This document shows, piece after piece, positions 11,621-20,709 of a stretch of 64,000 bases of DNA. The stretch is taken from assembly GCA_963784055.1 (NCBI GenBank), contig CAWAPY010000011.1, positions 276,069-340,068 on the forward strand, in the 5' to 3' direction. Both the position numbers and the translations under genes were made by a program. Below the pieces are notes generated by a model. That model was given only the letters and a program-made list of their open reading frames with translations. It had not been told where the DNA came from and ran no database searches. Origin of the DNA: an uncultured Actinomycetota bacterium. GTDB lineage: Bacteria > Actinomycetota > UBA4738 > HRBIN12. How positions within the stretch are numbered: position 1 is the first letter of the stretch; each line of letters begins with the position of its first letter.

Positions 11621-12703
11621 ATGGCCGACGACAGGATCAGCGAACTCGAGCGGTCCTTCCGGCGGGCCGGGCTTCCGACGTTCGTCCGTGGGTATTCGGC
11701 TCGTGGGGCCTTCGCGAAAGCGCTGCCACTCCTCACGATCGTCTTCGTGCTCGAGATCCTGAACGCGTTGAACGTCCGATTCGGGTTCTGGCCCAACGTG
11801 GGGTTCCTGGCCGGTGGGATCGCGATCTCGCTGGGCATGATCGGGATCCTCAACCTGGCGCGTGGGCAGCGGTTCCTCTCCGTCCCTCGGCTCGTCGGCG
11901 TGCCGGAGATGATCGTGTTCGTAGTCGTGCCCTCCGTGCTCCCACTCCTCTTCGGGTTCGGGAAGCAGAGGACCAGCGCGATCGTCACACTGGTCGGCAA
12001 CACAGCGCTCCTGGGTCTCGTCTACCTGGTGTTGGGGTTCGGCGCGGTCTCGATCCTCGAGTGGGCGGTGCGCCGATTCGTGAGCTTGTTCGCCGCGTCG
12101 CTCACGGTGCTCGTGCGCGCGCTCTCGCTCCTCCTCTTCTTCCTGCTGGTGATCTTCTTCACGACCGAGACGTGGCAGATCTGGACGGTGCCCGGGTTGC
12201 CGAAGTTCATCGCGGCGGCCGGACTGTTCGTGCTCCTGGCCGCAGGATTCCTGCTGCTCCGGCTCCCCGGCAGCGTTCGTGGCTTGGAGGCCGAGCTTCA
12301 GGGCGAGCACCTCAGCAGGACGCAACGCGTGAACGTCGGCTTGGTGATGTTCCTCAGCCAGTTCCTGCAGGTCGTCTTCGTGGCGTTCGCGGTGTGGCTC
12401 TTCTTCGTGGTGTTCGGGTCGCTGCTGGTGAGCGCGGGGGTCCGAGAGGCATGGCTGGGGACGCTGGGCACCGAGGTCGTGCGGATCCCCTTCTTCGGCG
12501 ACACCGTGGTCGTGATCACGCAGGAGCTCCTGCGGGTCGCGACGGGCATGGCGTCATTCGCCGCCCTGTACTACGCCGCGGCCACCCAGCTCGACGAGGC
12601 CTATCGGGACGAAGTGGTCGAACGGATCGCCGGGCAGATGAAGGAGACGTTCGCCCGCCGAGCGGAGTACCTCCGACTGGTGGGCGGATCCCCAGCCCCA
12701 TGA
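11621..12703 (+). CDS. polytopic integral membrane protein of unknown function
   Basis: Track ORF, 360 aa, with at least 7 long hydrophobic helices (e.g. [50 protein letters not shown]). No catalytic motif recognised. It starts 43 nt after the kinase stop. Confidence 0.65.
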   Translation: MADDRISELERSFRRAGLPTFVRGYSARGAFAKALPLLTIVFVLEILNALNVRFGFWPNVGFLAGGIAISLGMIGILNLARGQRFLSVPRLVGVPEMIVFVVVPSVLPLLFGFGKQRTSAIVTLVGNTALLGLVYLVLGFGAVSILEWAVRRFVSLFAASLTVLVRALSLLLFFLLVIFFTTETWQIWTVPGLPKFIAAAGLFVLLAAGFLLLRLPGSVRGLEAELQGEHLSRTQRVNVGLVMFLSQFLQVVFVAFAVWLFFVVFGSLLVSAGVREAWLGTLGTEVVRIPFFGDTVVVITQELLRVATGMASFAALYYAAATQLDEAYRDEVVERIAGQMKETFARRAEYLRLVGGSPAP

Positions 12704-12921
12704 TGCGGCCGATGAGCCGGGAGACACCGGACTCTGCCCGTCCCTCGGGGACCCCTGGCAGGTGTCGGCCCCATCGGGTACGCTCCATGTCGAGGGTTCA
12801 TGCAGCACCGGTTCTTGTGGCACCGTTGTTCTGGCAGTTCCCTCCCCGGCCGAGGTCGGGTAGGCCGACGGACACCGCTTCGCGATCAGGTCCGCACCGG
12901 CCGCGGAAGGAGGGAACGCCA

Positions 12922-13122
12922 GTGGCAACAGGCACCGTGAAGTGGTTCAGCCCCGAGAAGGGGTTCGGCTTCATCACCCAGTCCGAAGGCCCCGACGTGT
13001 TCGTGCACTTCTCCGGAATCACCGGGGAGGGGTACAAGAACCTCGAGGAAGGACAGGCGGTCGAGTTCGACATCGTCGACGGACAGAAGGGCCCTCAAGC
13101 TCAGAACGTCCGGATCACCTGA
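12922..13122 (+). CDS. cspA: cold-shock protein (CspA family)
   Basis: [63 protein letters not shown], with RNP1 (KGFGFI) and RNP2 (VFVHF). GTG 12922 is preceded by GGAAGGAGGGA. This is the in-frame tail of track ORF 12061..13122. About 218 nt of untranslated sequence lies upstream. Confidence 0.95.
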   Translation: MATGTVKWFSPEKGFGFITQSEGPDVFVHFSGITGEGYKNLEEGQAVEFDIVDGQKGPQAQNVRIT

Positions 13123-13143
13123 ACCTCGGAATCTGAAGCGAAC

Positions 13144-13178
13144 GGAGGGGGCGGCGCGCGAAGCGCGCCGCCCCCTCC
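13144..13178. terminator. perfect 16-bp GC hairpin between convergent genes (bidirectional intrinsic terminator candidate)
   Basis: ggagggggcggcgcgc-gaa-gcgcgccgccccctcc. It sits 21 nt after the csp stop and 12 nt before the stop of the convergent gene at 13191. There is no U-tract, as is common in GC-rich genomes. Confidence 0.6.
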
Positions 13179-13190
13179 GCCATGTTCGGG

Positions 13191-13529
13191 TCAGTCCTCC
13201 GGACGGTCGAACCGGAGATCGGCGAGCAAACCCTCGGTGCGCTCGACCGCGGACGTGAGCCATGTGCCGTCCTGCGGTCCCCGGAGCTCCTCGCGCGGAT
13301 AGGCGAACTGATTCAGCGTCTCGTCGGAGCCAACCTGGATGCCCTTCGTCAACAGGTACTCGCCGAGCGCGAACTCCCAGCTGAAGATTGCGGTTCCGTC
13401 CGGAGAGGCGTGCACCGTGTACGTCAGGTACGGAGTGGGCTGGGCGACGTAGAGCTGCGCCCCCTTCCCGAACCCACGCTCCTCCCGCAGCTGGAACCCG
13501 AAGCGCTCGAGAGCGTCGCCGAACTCCAT
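13191..13529 (-). CDS. hypothetical protein
   Basis: Track ORF, 112 aa (MEFGDALERFGFQLREERGFGKGAQLYVAQPTPYLTYTVHASPDGTAIFSWEFALGEYLL...). Composition is balanced, unlike the R/P-rich shadow ORFs. No family recognised. Confidence 0.5.
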   Translation of the reverse strand: MEFGDALERFGFQLREERGFGKGAQLYVAQPTPYLTYTVHASPDGTAIFSWEFALGEYLLTKGIQVGSDETLNQFAYPREELRGPQDGTWLTSAVERTEGLLADLRFDRPED

Positions 13530-13552
13530 GTGGCCAGCCTACCGGCCGGCGG

Positions 13553-14603
13553 TCAGCGCACGATCGACAGGACCTCTTCTTCGCTCGCCGCGTCCATCAG
13601 CTGCAGCTGCTCCGCGTGACGCGCGCGCGCGATGGAGCCGCGCGCCTTACCGAGGTTGGAGCGGAACTCGTCGGCGCCGTTCGCGATCATCGTGCCGGCC
13701 TTGGAGAACTTGTTCTCGACGATCGCGTCCATCGCGTCGAGCAGCGTCCCGACCTCCGCGAGCGCGGCCTGCACGTCGGCGGCGTCGCCGAAGCGCTCGA
13801 CGAGCGCGTAGAGGAACATGATGATCGGCAGCGCGCTCGAGTACGGCACGATCACGACGCCGCGCATGAACGCCTCAGTATGGGCCCGCGACAGGACCTG
13901 GTACGCGGCATCGGGGACGGCCGCGACCGCGACGGGAGCAGTCACCGACGTGTCGATGTACTGCCCCACCTCCTTAGCCCGCGCGGCGACCGCCTTCTCC
14001 ACCTTCCGGGCGCAGGCATCGCGACGCGTGGGATCCTCTTCCGCCTCCATCGCCTCGAGCTCCGCGACGGCCGACCACTTGGAATCGATCGGCAGGCGCC
14101 GGCCGTCGGGCAGACGGAGGCCGAACTCCACCACTTTGCCGTTCACGCGGAAGTCCGAGGCGAGCATCGACGGAGGCAGCTGACCGAGGTGCTCGCGGAG
14201 GATCTTGCTCCCCGGCTCTACCCTTGGTGTTCCCCCCGGCGAGGACGGTGGCCAGCCGCCGCACGACCTCGCGGTTCTCGGTCTCGGAGGTCCGGCGTTC
14301 CTCGTCGCGCACCTGGAGCTGCTCGAGGGCGTGGCGCGTGGCCTCCAGTCCCGCCCGGAGATGGTCGGCGGAGACGTCTCGTTGACCCGAGGCATCGGCG
14401 ATCCTCCGGAGCTCGGCGGCCTGCACCTCCAACCGTGCGGTGAGCTCCGCGTGCAGCTGGGCGTTCAGGGCGTTCTGGGCGTCAAGGGCGCTCACGGCCT
14501 CCGGATCCTGCTCGTGCGTCGGCTGCCGGCGCAGCATCATCAGCGCGCCCACCGCGATGCCCACGAACGCGGCGAGCACCGCGATCACGACGTCGTTCGT
14601 CAT
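13553..14603 (-). pseudogene. rmuC: DNA recombination protein RmuC, one frame break
   Basis: The N-terminus is the tail of ORF 13974..16064: MTNDVVIAVLAAFVGIAVGALMML as a TM anchor, then a coiled coil LNAQLHAELTARLEVQAAELRR. The C-terminus is ORF 13553..14395 from SKILREHLGQLPPSMLASDFRVNGKVVEFGLRLPDGRRLPIDSKW...VVIVPYSSALP. The frame changes near 14212-14235. Confidence 0.78.
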
Positions 14604-14624
14604 GGGTACACCTGCGAGGGAGTC

Positions 14625-15788
14625 ATGAAGGGGGTCATGGGCCGAACCGTACCCCGGGGGTGTGACAGAACCACGCAACCGAGCGCAAGTCCGGGATACC
14701 ATCCAACGGTGACCCCGCATCCGATCGAGCTCTATCGCCTGAGCGGCACCCACCACAAGGTGGGGATCCAGATGGGCGAGCTGGGGACCGACCAGATCCA
14801 ACGCGTCGTCGGATCCTTCGACGCCGATCTCCCCGCCGGGAGGAACAGGACCGAACAGCTCCGGCTGGCGCAGGCCTACCGCGATGCCACGGCGCCGTCG
14901 CTCCCGTGGCTGATCGAGGAGCTCGACGGGTGTGCGGAAGGTGCCGGCGTGGACCCGCTCGAGTTCTTCGCGACGACCGTCGAGGAGCTCTGGTATCCCC
15001 CGTATCCGAAGCGAACCGAGGGACGGTGCAGCGACGTGGTGGCCGGCCCGTCGGCGACCGCGGACGGGCATCTCTGGGTTGGCCACAACAACGATCTCCG
15101 GCCGGAGGCAGAAGCGGATATCGTCGCGATCGAGAAAGCGGTGGAAGACGAGCCGGTGGTCCTGCAGATCGGCGGCGTCCCGTGGCTCAGCGTGGGATGG
15201 AACCAGGCGGGTCTCTCGCTCACCGGCAACGAGCTCAGCCCGAACGACGAGCGGGTCGGGATCTCGCGATCGCATCAGGTGTTCGAGATGCTGCGCGCCC
15301 GCAACCTCCACGAGATGGTGGCGTACGCGATCCGGCCCGATCGCGCCTCGTCGTACAACAACGTGCTGGCCGATCGGTTCGGCGACGTCGCGAACATCGA
15401 GGGGAGCGCGACCGACGTGGAGATCACCCACCTCGACGAGCAGGACCACCTCGCGCATACGAACCATTACGTGAGCGATCGCATGCAGCCCTACGAGGGC
15501 GACCCGGACTACGCCGTCCGCTCGGACGTCCGGTTCTGCCGGGCTCGAGATCTGCTCGCAGACCAGCCGCCGGGTTCCGTGACCCCTGGGGTGCTCCGGG
15601 AGATCCTCTCCGATCACGAGAACCAGCCGAACGAGGTGTGCCGGCATCCCGAGTGGGGGCATCCCACGTCGAAGACCGTCTTCTGGTGCATCGCGGACGT
15701 CACGGAGGGGCGGATCGCCTACGGACGTGGGAACCCGTGCGATTCGATGGAGCAGGAATACACCTTCGCCGGCTACGGCGAAGGCTGA
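14625..15788 (+). CDS. peptidase C45 / acyl-CoA:6-aminopenicillanic-acid acyltransferase-like Ntn hydrolase family protein
   Basis: Track ORF 14205..15788 trimmed, because its 5' part is antisense to rmuC. ATG 14625 has GAGGGAG just upstream; GTG 14709 is an alternative start. Conserved stretches: PIELYRLSGTHHKVGIQMGE, TEGRCSDVVAG, HLWVGHNNDL, SYNNVLAD. Confidence 0.7.
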   Translation: MKGVMGRTVPRGCDRTTQPSASPGYHPTVTPHPIELYRLSGTHHKVGIQMGELGTDQIQRVVGSFDADLPAGRNRTEQLRLAQAYRDATAPSLPWLIEELDGCAEGAGVDPLEFFATTVEELWYPPYPKRTEGRCSDVVAGPSATADGHLWVGHNNDLRPEAEADIVAIEKAVEDEPVVLQIGGVPWLSVGWNQAGLSLTGNELSPNDERVGISRSHQVFEMLRARNLHEMVAYAIRPDRASSYNNVLADRFGDVANIEGSATDVEITHLDEQDHLAHTNHYVSDRMQPYEGDPDYAVRSDVRFCRARDLLADQPPGSVTPGVLREILSDHENQPNEVCRHPEWGHPTSKTVFWCIADVTEGRIAYGRGNPCDSMEQEYTFAGYGEG

Positions 15789-16447
15789 AGCGCCGAGCGG
15801 ACCCGCTCGATCGTGGCGTCGTCGCCACTCTCCTTCGCGAGGTCCGCGACGCTGCGTCCCTCGTCGTTCGTCGCCGCGGGGTCCGCCCCGGCGGCGAGGA
15901 GGAGCTCCAGGCTCGCCAGATCGCCGTTCATCGCCGCGGCGTGCACGGGCGTCCACCCCCCGGACTGCCGAGCGTCCGGGTTCGCTCCGGCCTCGAGGAG
16001 GATGCGTGCGACCTCCGATTGGAGACGGCTGACCCCGGAATGCAGCGCGGTCCCGGTCATCCATCCGCGGCCGAACGCGTCGACCTCGGCGCCGCGCTCG
16101 AGGAGCAGCGACACGGCCTCCGGATGGCCGAAGAAGGCGGCGAAGTGCAGGGCGGTGAATCCGTCGCCGGAGTACGCCGTGGCTGCCGAGAGGTCGCCGT
16201 CGAGCACCACCCGGAGGCGGTCCACGTCTCCGAGCGCCGCCGCCTCGAACACGTCGAAGGCTCCCGCGCGAGCCTTCACCACGTCGACCAGCCCGGGGTC
16301 GAAGCGGTAAAGAGCTCGCATCAGCGCCGAGACCCCGCTCCCGTCCCGAGCGGCTCCGGCGGAAGGGTCCGCGTCAAGGATCGTCTCGACGCCTCCCACG
16401 TTCCCCGCCTCGATCGCGGTGAACAGGTCGTCCGAGGTGCTTGCCAT
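15773..16447 (-). CDS. ankyrin-repeat protein
   Basis: Track ORF 15773..16870 trimmed to ATG 16447. Repeated ankyrin consensus: GFTALHFAAFFGHPEAVSLLLERGAEVD; GTALHSGVSRLQSEVARILLEAGANPD; GWTPVHAAAMNGDLASLELLLAAGADP. Confidence 0.85.
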   Translation of the reverse strand: MASTSDDLFTAIEAGNVGGVETILDADPSAGAARDGSGVSALMRALYRFDPGLVDVVKARAGAFDVFEAAALGDVDRLRVVLDGDLSAATAYSGDGFTALHFAAFFGHPEAVSLLLERGAEVDAFGRGWMTGTALHSGVSRLQSEVARILLEAGANPDARQSGGWTPVHAAAMNGDLASLELLLAAGADPAATNDEGRSVADLAKESGDDATIERVRSALQPSP

Positions 16448-16490
16448 GCTTCCCTCCCGAGCTATATTTAGATAGCCTAACGAAATACCG

Positions 16491-16952
16491 ATGACCACGT
16501 CAAGGCGGACTTCCCCGACGCGAGAGGTGGGCGAGGTGGGCCGGGTCGCCGACCGGCTGCACTCGGCCGCCATCCACCTCTTGCGGCGCCTTCGCGTGGA
16601 GGACGAGGCCCTGGGCATCTCCGCCCCGCGCCTGTCCGCGCTGTCGGTCCTCGTGTTCGCGGGTCCGAAGCGCATCGGAGAGCTCGCGCGGATCGAGCAG
16701 GTCGAGCCGCCCACGATGACGAAGCTGGTGGACGGCCTCGTCCGCGACGGGCTGGCGCTCCGCGAGGACGACCCCGACGACGCGAGGGCGGTGCGCGTCC
16801 GCGCGACGGCGACCGGCGCCCGCACACTCCGCCGGGGGCGCGCGAAACGGCTCGAGACTCTGCGTGCCACGCTCGGCGCTCTCTCCCCCGCCGAGCTGGC
16901 GACACTGGGCGAGGGCGTGGACGTGCTGGAGCGCGTGCTCGGGGAGCGCTAG
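16491..16952 (+). CDS. MarR family transcriptional regulator
   Basis: Track ORF, 153 aa. Winged HTH: LSALSVLVFAGPKRIGELARIEQVEPPTMTKLVDGLVRDGLALREDDPDDARAVRVRATATG. Divergent from the ankyrin gene across a 43-nt AT-rich spacer. Confidence 0.9.
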   Translation: MTTSRRTSPTREVGEVGRVADRLHSAAIHLLRRLRVEDEALGISAPRLSALSVLVFAGPKRIGELARIEQVEPPTMTKLVDGLVRDGLALREDDPDDARAVRVRATATGARTLRRGRAKRLETLRATLGALSPAELATLGEGVDVLERVLGER

Positions 16953-18133
16953 ACGGGCAGGCCGGCGCGCCACACCCGTTTCCGCCCGAGCAGCGTGCGC
17001 GGGTCCTCCACCGGGTCTCCGTCCACCAGCACAAGGTCGGCCCGCTTCCCCGGCTCGATCGTGCCGACGTCGGAGAGGCGGAGGAGCTCGGCACCGTTGG
17101 CCGTGGCCGCGCGCAGCGCGTCGAGGGGCGGCATCCCCCACTCCACCATGTGCACGATCTCCCGCGGCGCGCTCCCGTGCGCGTTGAACGGCGTGCCGGC
17201 GTCCGTCCCACAGACGGGACGGACGCCCGTACGGACCGCGGTCCGGAGCGCCTTCTTCGAATCCTCCTCGATCGCTCGTGCCTTCTCCACCGCGTACGCG
17301 GCCACCCGGTCCGCGTGATCGAGGATCCCGCGGACCGCGCAGATCGTCGGCGAGCGGAACGTCCCGCGCGCCACCATCTCGCGAGCGGTTGCCGCGGTCA
17401 GCTGGTTGCAGTGCTCGATCGAGTCGACGCCGGCGAGGACCGCGGCACGGATCCCGTTCGCGCCGATCGCGTGTGCCGCCACGGAGAGGTTCCGCTCGTG
17501 CGCCTCGCGCACGCCGGCCTCCAGCTCCTTCGCCGTGAACGCGCTGAACGTCGCCGGGATGCCCGGGGTGAGGACGCCGCCGGTCGCGATCAGCTTGATC
17601 GCGGTGGCGCCAGCGCGGATCTCCTCGCGGACGGCGGCGCGGACGGCGTCGGGGCCGTCGACCTCCCGGGAGAACGCGATGCTGTGGCCGTGGCCGCCGG
17701 TGACCGTGAGCGCGCGTCCGGCCGCAAGGATCCGCGGCCCCGGGACGAGCCCTGCAGCGACGGCCCGAGCGACATCGATGCTCGCGCCGCCCATCCCGCC
17801 CAGGTCGCGCACGGTGGTCACGCCTGCGTCCAGGTTCCTCTTGGCGTTCACCATGGCCTTCAGCGCCGCGAACCCGGGCGTCGTGAGATCCCTCGCTTCC
17901 TTCTCGAAGTCCGCGTCGCCATCGAACTGGAGGTGGACATGGACGTCGATCAGTCCCGGCAGCAACGTCTTCCCGTCGCCCTCGACGACACGGGCATCGC
18001 GCGCGTCCTTCGGCGGTCTGGCATGCGCGCCCATCCACTCGATCCCGTCGGCGCCGAAGAGCACGCCTTGGCGCCTCCTGACCTTGATCCCATCGAACAG
18101 GGTCACGTTCGCGACGTAGGTGGACTTCGCCAT
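16949..18133 (-). CDS. metal-dependent amidohydrolase family protein
   Basis: Track ORF, 394 aa. Motifs: LLPGLIDVHVHL (HxH), GGHGH, KLIATGG, VAAHA, SIEHC, CGTDAG, GTIEPGKRADLVLVDGDP. Confidence 0.85.
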   Translation of the reverse strand: MAKSTYVANVTLFDGIKVRRRQGVLFGADGIEWMGAHARPPKDARDARVVEGDGKTLLPGLIDVHVHLQFDGDADFEKEARDLTTPGFAALKAMVNAKRNLDAGVTTVRDLGGMGGASIDVARAVAAGLVPGPRILAAGRALTVTGGHGHSIAFSREVDGPDAVRAAVREEIRAGATAIKLIATGGVLTPGIPATFSAFTAKELEAGVREAHERNLSVAAHAIGANGIRAAVLAGVDSIEHCNQLTAATAREMVARGTFRSPTICAVRGILDHADRVAAYAVEKARAIEEDSKKALRTAVRTGVRPVCGTDAGTPFNAHGSAPREIVHMVEWGMPPLDALRAATANGAELLRLSDVGTIEPGKRADLVLVDGDPVEDPRTLLGRKRVWRAGLPV

Positions 18134-18215
18134 CGCCGCATCATGTCACCTGCTCGAGGCGCTCCAGAGCCTCGTAGTAGGCTGACGGACCCAGAGGCGC
18201 GAACCAGGAGCGCAC

Positions 18216-18241
18216 GCCAAAAGCGCGAGCCAAAAGCGCGA
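18216..18241. repeat. perfect tandem duplication of a 13-nt unit directly upstream of a ribosome-binding site
   Basis: gccaaaagcgcga gccaaaagcgcga, followed by ggaggaacg ATG (18251). Confidence 0.8.
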
Positions 18242-18250
18242 GGAGGAACG

Positions 18251-18712
18251 ATGCTCGTCGGCGAGATCATGCACCCGGACGTGAAGACCGCGAGTCCCCA
18301 GGATTCCTTCGCCGACGTCGCGAAGGAGATGCGGACCAACGGGATCTCCTCCGTCGTGGTCCTGGACGGCAAGAAGCTCGCCGGCATCGTCACCGAGCGC
18401 GACATCGTGAACCTCGTCGCAGCGGGCGGCGATCCCCACACGACGACGGTGGACAAAGGCATGACGCGCCGCGACCTGATCACGGTCGACACCAAGACGG
18501 AGCTGTCCGACGCCGCCGAGCAGATGGTGTCGAGGAACATCCGCCACCTGCCGATCGTCGACGGCGGCAACGTCGTGGGCATCGTGTCCATCCGCGACAT
18601 GACGCGATGGGCCGCCGAGGAGCTCTCCGGCGGCCACGAGATGCCCGACATCGCGAGCTCTCACGCGGCGCTCCAGGCGGCGAGTCAGCTCCAGCGCAAG
18701 CGCGGCGCCTAG
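18251..18712 (+). CDS. CBS-domain pair protein
   Basis: In-frame tail of track ORF 17150..18712, starting at an ATG preceded by AGGAGGA. Sequence: MLVGEIMHPDVKTASPQDSFADVAKEMRTNGISSVVVLDGKKLAGIVTERDIV...MVSRNIRHLPIVDGGNVVGIVSIRDM, i.e. two CBS motifs. Confidence 0.85.
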   Translation: MLVGEIMHPDVKTASPQDSFADVAKEMRTNGISSVVVLDGKKLAGIVTERDIVNLVAAGGDPHTTTVDKGMTRRDLITVDTKTELSDAAEQMVSRNIRHLPIVDGGNVVGIVSIRDMTRWAAEELSGGHEMPDIASSHAALQAASQLQRKRGA

Positions 18713-20016
18713 GACGGATCCGAAGCTCGCTGGAACGGTTCCCGAGGATCCGCGAGCGATCCGAGCTGCGCCAGGTCCCGCGGGAACAGCAGCGCCACCG
18801 TCCAGTCCATCGCGATCTTCACCCGTCGCGTCCACGTGGGCATCGCGAGGAGGTGGTACGAGCGGTGGAGGAACCACCCGAGGAACCCCTTGAAGCGGAC
18901 GCCCCTGACGTTCGCCACGCCCTTGTAGCGCCCGAGCGAGCACACGCCGCCGATGGTCGCGTAGACGAACGGCTGGAGCGGTCGGGCGGCGAGGGTCGCC
19001 TCGATGTTTGCGGCGGCGCGCTTGCCCTGACGGAGGCCGTGCTGCGCGGTGGGGGGCGAGAGACCCCTGGTCGTCTCGTCGGGCACGGCGGCCGCATCGC
19101 CGGCTGCCCACATCCCTTCGACCCCGACCGCGCGGAGGTACCGGTCCACCGGGACCCGCCCCTGTTCATCGACCGAGAGCCCCGAGGTCCGCGCGAGGGG
19201 TGAAGGCTTCACCCCTGCCGTCCACACGAGCGTCTCGGCGCGGAACGACTCGCCGTCCGACAGTGCGATCAGGCGGTCCTCCACGGAGTCGAGCCTGGTC
19301 CCGAGCCGGATCTCGATCCCGCGCCGGCGCAGCTCGTCGCGCGCATAGGACGCCAAGCGCTCCGGGAGCTCGGGGAGGATCGCGTCGGCCGCGTCCACGA
19401 GGACCCACCGCATGTCGGAGGGATCGAGGTCCGGATAGTGCTCGATCGCGTCGCGCGCCAGGTCCTCGAGCTCGCCGAGCGCCTCGACGCCGGCGTAGCC
19501 CCCGCCCACGAACACGAACGTGAGAGCGGCACGACGCCGCGCGGCATCCTCGTGCGACGCTGCGATGTCGAGCTGGGAGAGCACGTGGTTGCGGAGGTAG
19601 ATCGCCTCCTGGACGGTCTTGAATCCGATCCCGTGCTCCGCGAGCCCGGGGACCGGCAGGACGCGCGACCGCGAGCCGGGCGCGAGCACCACGATGTCGT
19701 AGCCGATCGTCCGCTCCTCACGGGCGGTCGTGCGGACGTGCGCCTCGCGTGCCCCGTGATCGATGCGGAGCACCTCACCGATCACGAGTCGGCAGTGCCG
19801 CAGAACGCGTCGGAGCGGCACGACCGCCGCGCGGGGGTCGATCGTCCCCGAGGCCACCTCGGGGAGGAAAGGCTGGTACTGGAAGAAGCTCTCCGGGTTG
19901 ACGACGGTCACCCGGTGACCGTCGGCCACGGCTCCTTTCAACCCCATCGCCGCGTAGAGGCCGGCGAAGCCGGCGCCGATGACGAGGATGTGGCCCCCCG
20001 CCCGCCCGCCGCTCAT
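18709..20016 (-). CDS. ndh: type II NADH dehydrogenase (NDH-2)
   Basis: Track ORF 18709..20442 trimmed to Met 143 (MSGGRAGGHILVIGAGFAGLYAA). FAD site GAGFAG, NAD site FVGGGYAGVE, plus MWAAGDAA. The ATG overlaps the HAD gene stop (ATGA). Confidence 0.9.
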   Translation of the reverse strand: MSGGRAGGHILVIGAGFAGLYAAMGLKGAVADGHRVTVVNPESFFQYQPFLPEVASGTIDPRAAVVPLRRVLRHCRLVIGEVLRIDHGAREAHVRTTAREERTIGYDIVVLAPGSRSRVLPVPGLAEHGIGFKTVQEAIYLRNHVLSQLDIAASHEDAARRRAALTFVFVGGGYAGVEALGELEDLARDAIEHYPDLDPSDMRWVLVDAADAILPELPERLASYARDELRRRGIEIRLGTRLDSVEDRLIALSDGESFRAETLVWTAGVKPSPLARTSGLSVDEQGRVPVDRYLRAVGVEGMWAAGDAAAVPDETTRGLSPPTAQHGLRQGKRAAANIEATLAARPLQPFVYATIGGVCSLGRYKGVANVRGVRFKGFLGWFLHRSYHLLAMPTWTRRVKIAMDWTVALLFPRDLAQLGSLADPREPFQRASDPS

Positions 20017-20684
20017 GCCACCGACAGTCGGTCCAGCTCGGCCGGCAGCTCGGTGAGGGTGCGGATCGATCCGTCCGCTTCCTCGAGCTGTTCGGGTGTC
20101 GGACGATCGGGCGCCTCGCCGCGGAGCATCCAGATGGCGCGCATGCCGACGAGCTTCGCAGGACGCACGTCGTAATCGAGCCGGTCCCCGACCATCACGG
20201 CGGACGCGGGAGGTACCCCCGCCGTGCGTGCGGCGAGCTCGAAGAGACGCGGATCGGGCTTGCCGACGCCGAGCTCGTCGGAGACCCCCCAAACCTCGAA
20301 GAACCGCTCGAGGCCGTCGCGGCGCATGGCGGACCGGACCTCGCCCGGCTGGTTCGCGATCACGCCCAGCCGGTACCCGCCGCGCAGCTCCTCGAGACAC
20401 GGGATCGCGTCCTCGTAGAGCGCGGAGGGTGGGTAGTGCCAATGGCGAGCCGCGAGCCCCTCGAGCTCACGGAGATCGGCCTGCGGCAGGAAGCGCGCCA
20501 TGAGTCGTCGCCGGAACGACCCCGACTGCTCGGTACGCGCGCGGGTGTACTCCTCCTCGAACTCGTCGTCGGTGAACCGCGCGCCCGCCTCGCGCAGCGC
20601 CCGGTGCCAGGCGCGGGCGTAGACCGTGTCGTCGTAGAGCACACCGCCGATGTCGAGGAACACGATCCCGATCGTCATGGTCAT
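20013..20684 (-). CDS. HAD-superfamily hydrolase (subfamily IA-like)
   Basis: Track ORF, 223 aa. Motif I VFLDIGGVL, plus GVIANQ, VGKPDPRLFE and VGDRLDYDV. Confidence 0.85.
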   Translation of the reverse strand: MTMTIGIVFLDIGGVLYDDTVYARAWHRALREAGARFTDDEFEEEYTRARTEQSGSFRRRLMARFLPQADLRELEGLAARHWHYPPSALYEDAIPCLEELRGGYRLGVIANQPGEVRSAMRRDGLERFFEVWGVSDELGVGKPDPRLFELAARTAGVPPASAVMVGDRLDYDVRPAKLVGMRAIWMLRGEAPDRPTPEQLEEADGSIRTLTELPAELDRLSVA

Positions 20685-20709
20685 CCCGTCCCCATGGCGG
20701 CCGGCCGGC

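Noticed and set aside
12818-12835. TGGCAC-N5-TT sigma-54-like element in the csp leader, and a second TGGCAC at 56021-56026 upstream of cbs
   Set aside because: The -12 element does not match TTGC. No sigma-54 or enhancer-binding protein is evident. The inferred phylum generally lacks RpoN.
13974-16064. 696-aa minus-strand ORF
   Set aside because: Only its last ~125 aa (TM anchor plus coiled coil) are real, forming the RmuC N-terminus. The rest is antisense to the C45 peptidase and ankyrin genes.
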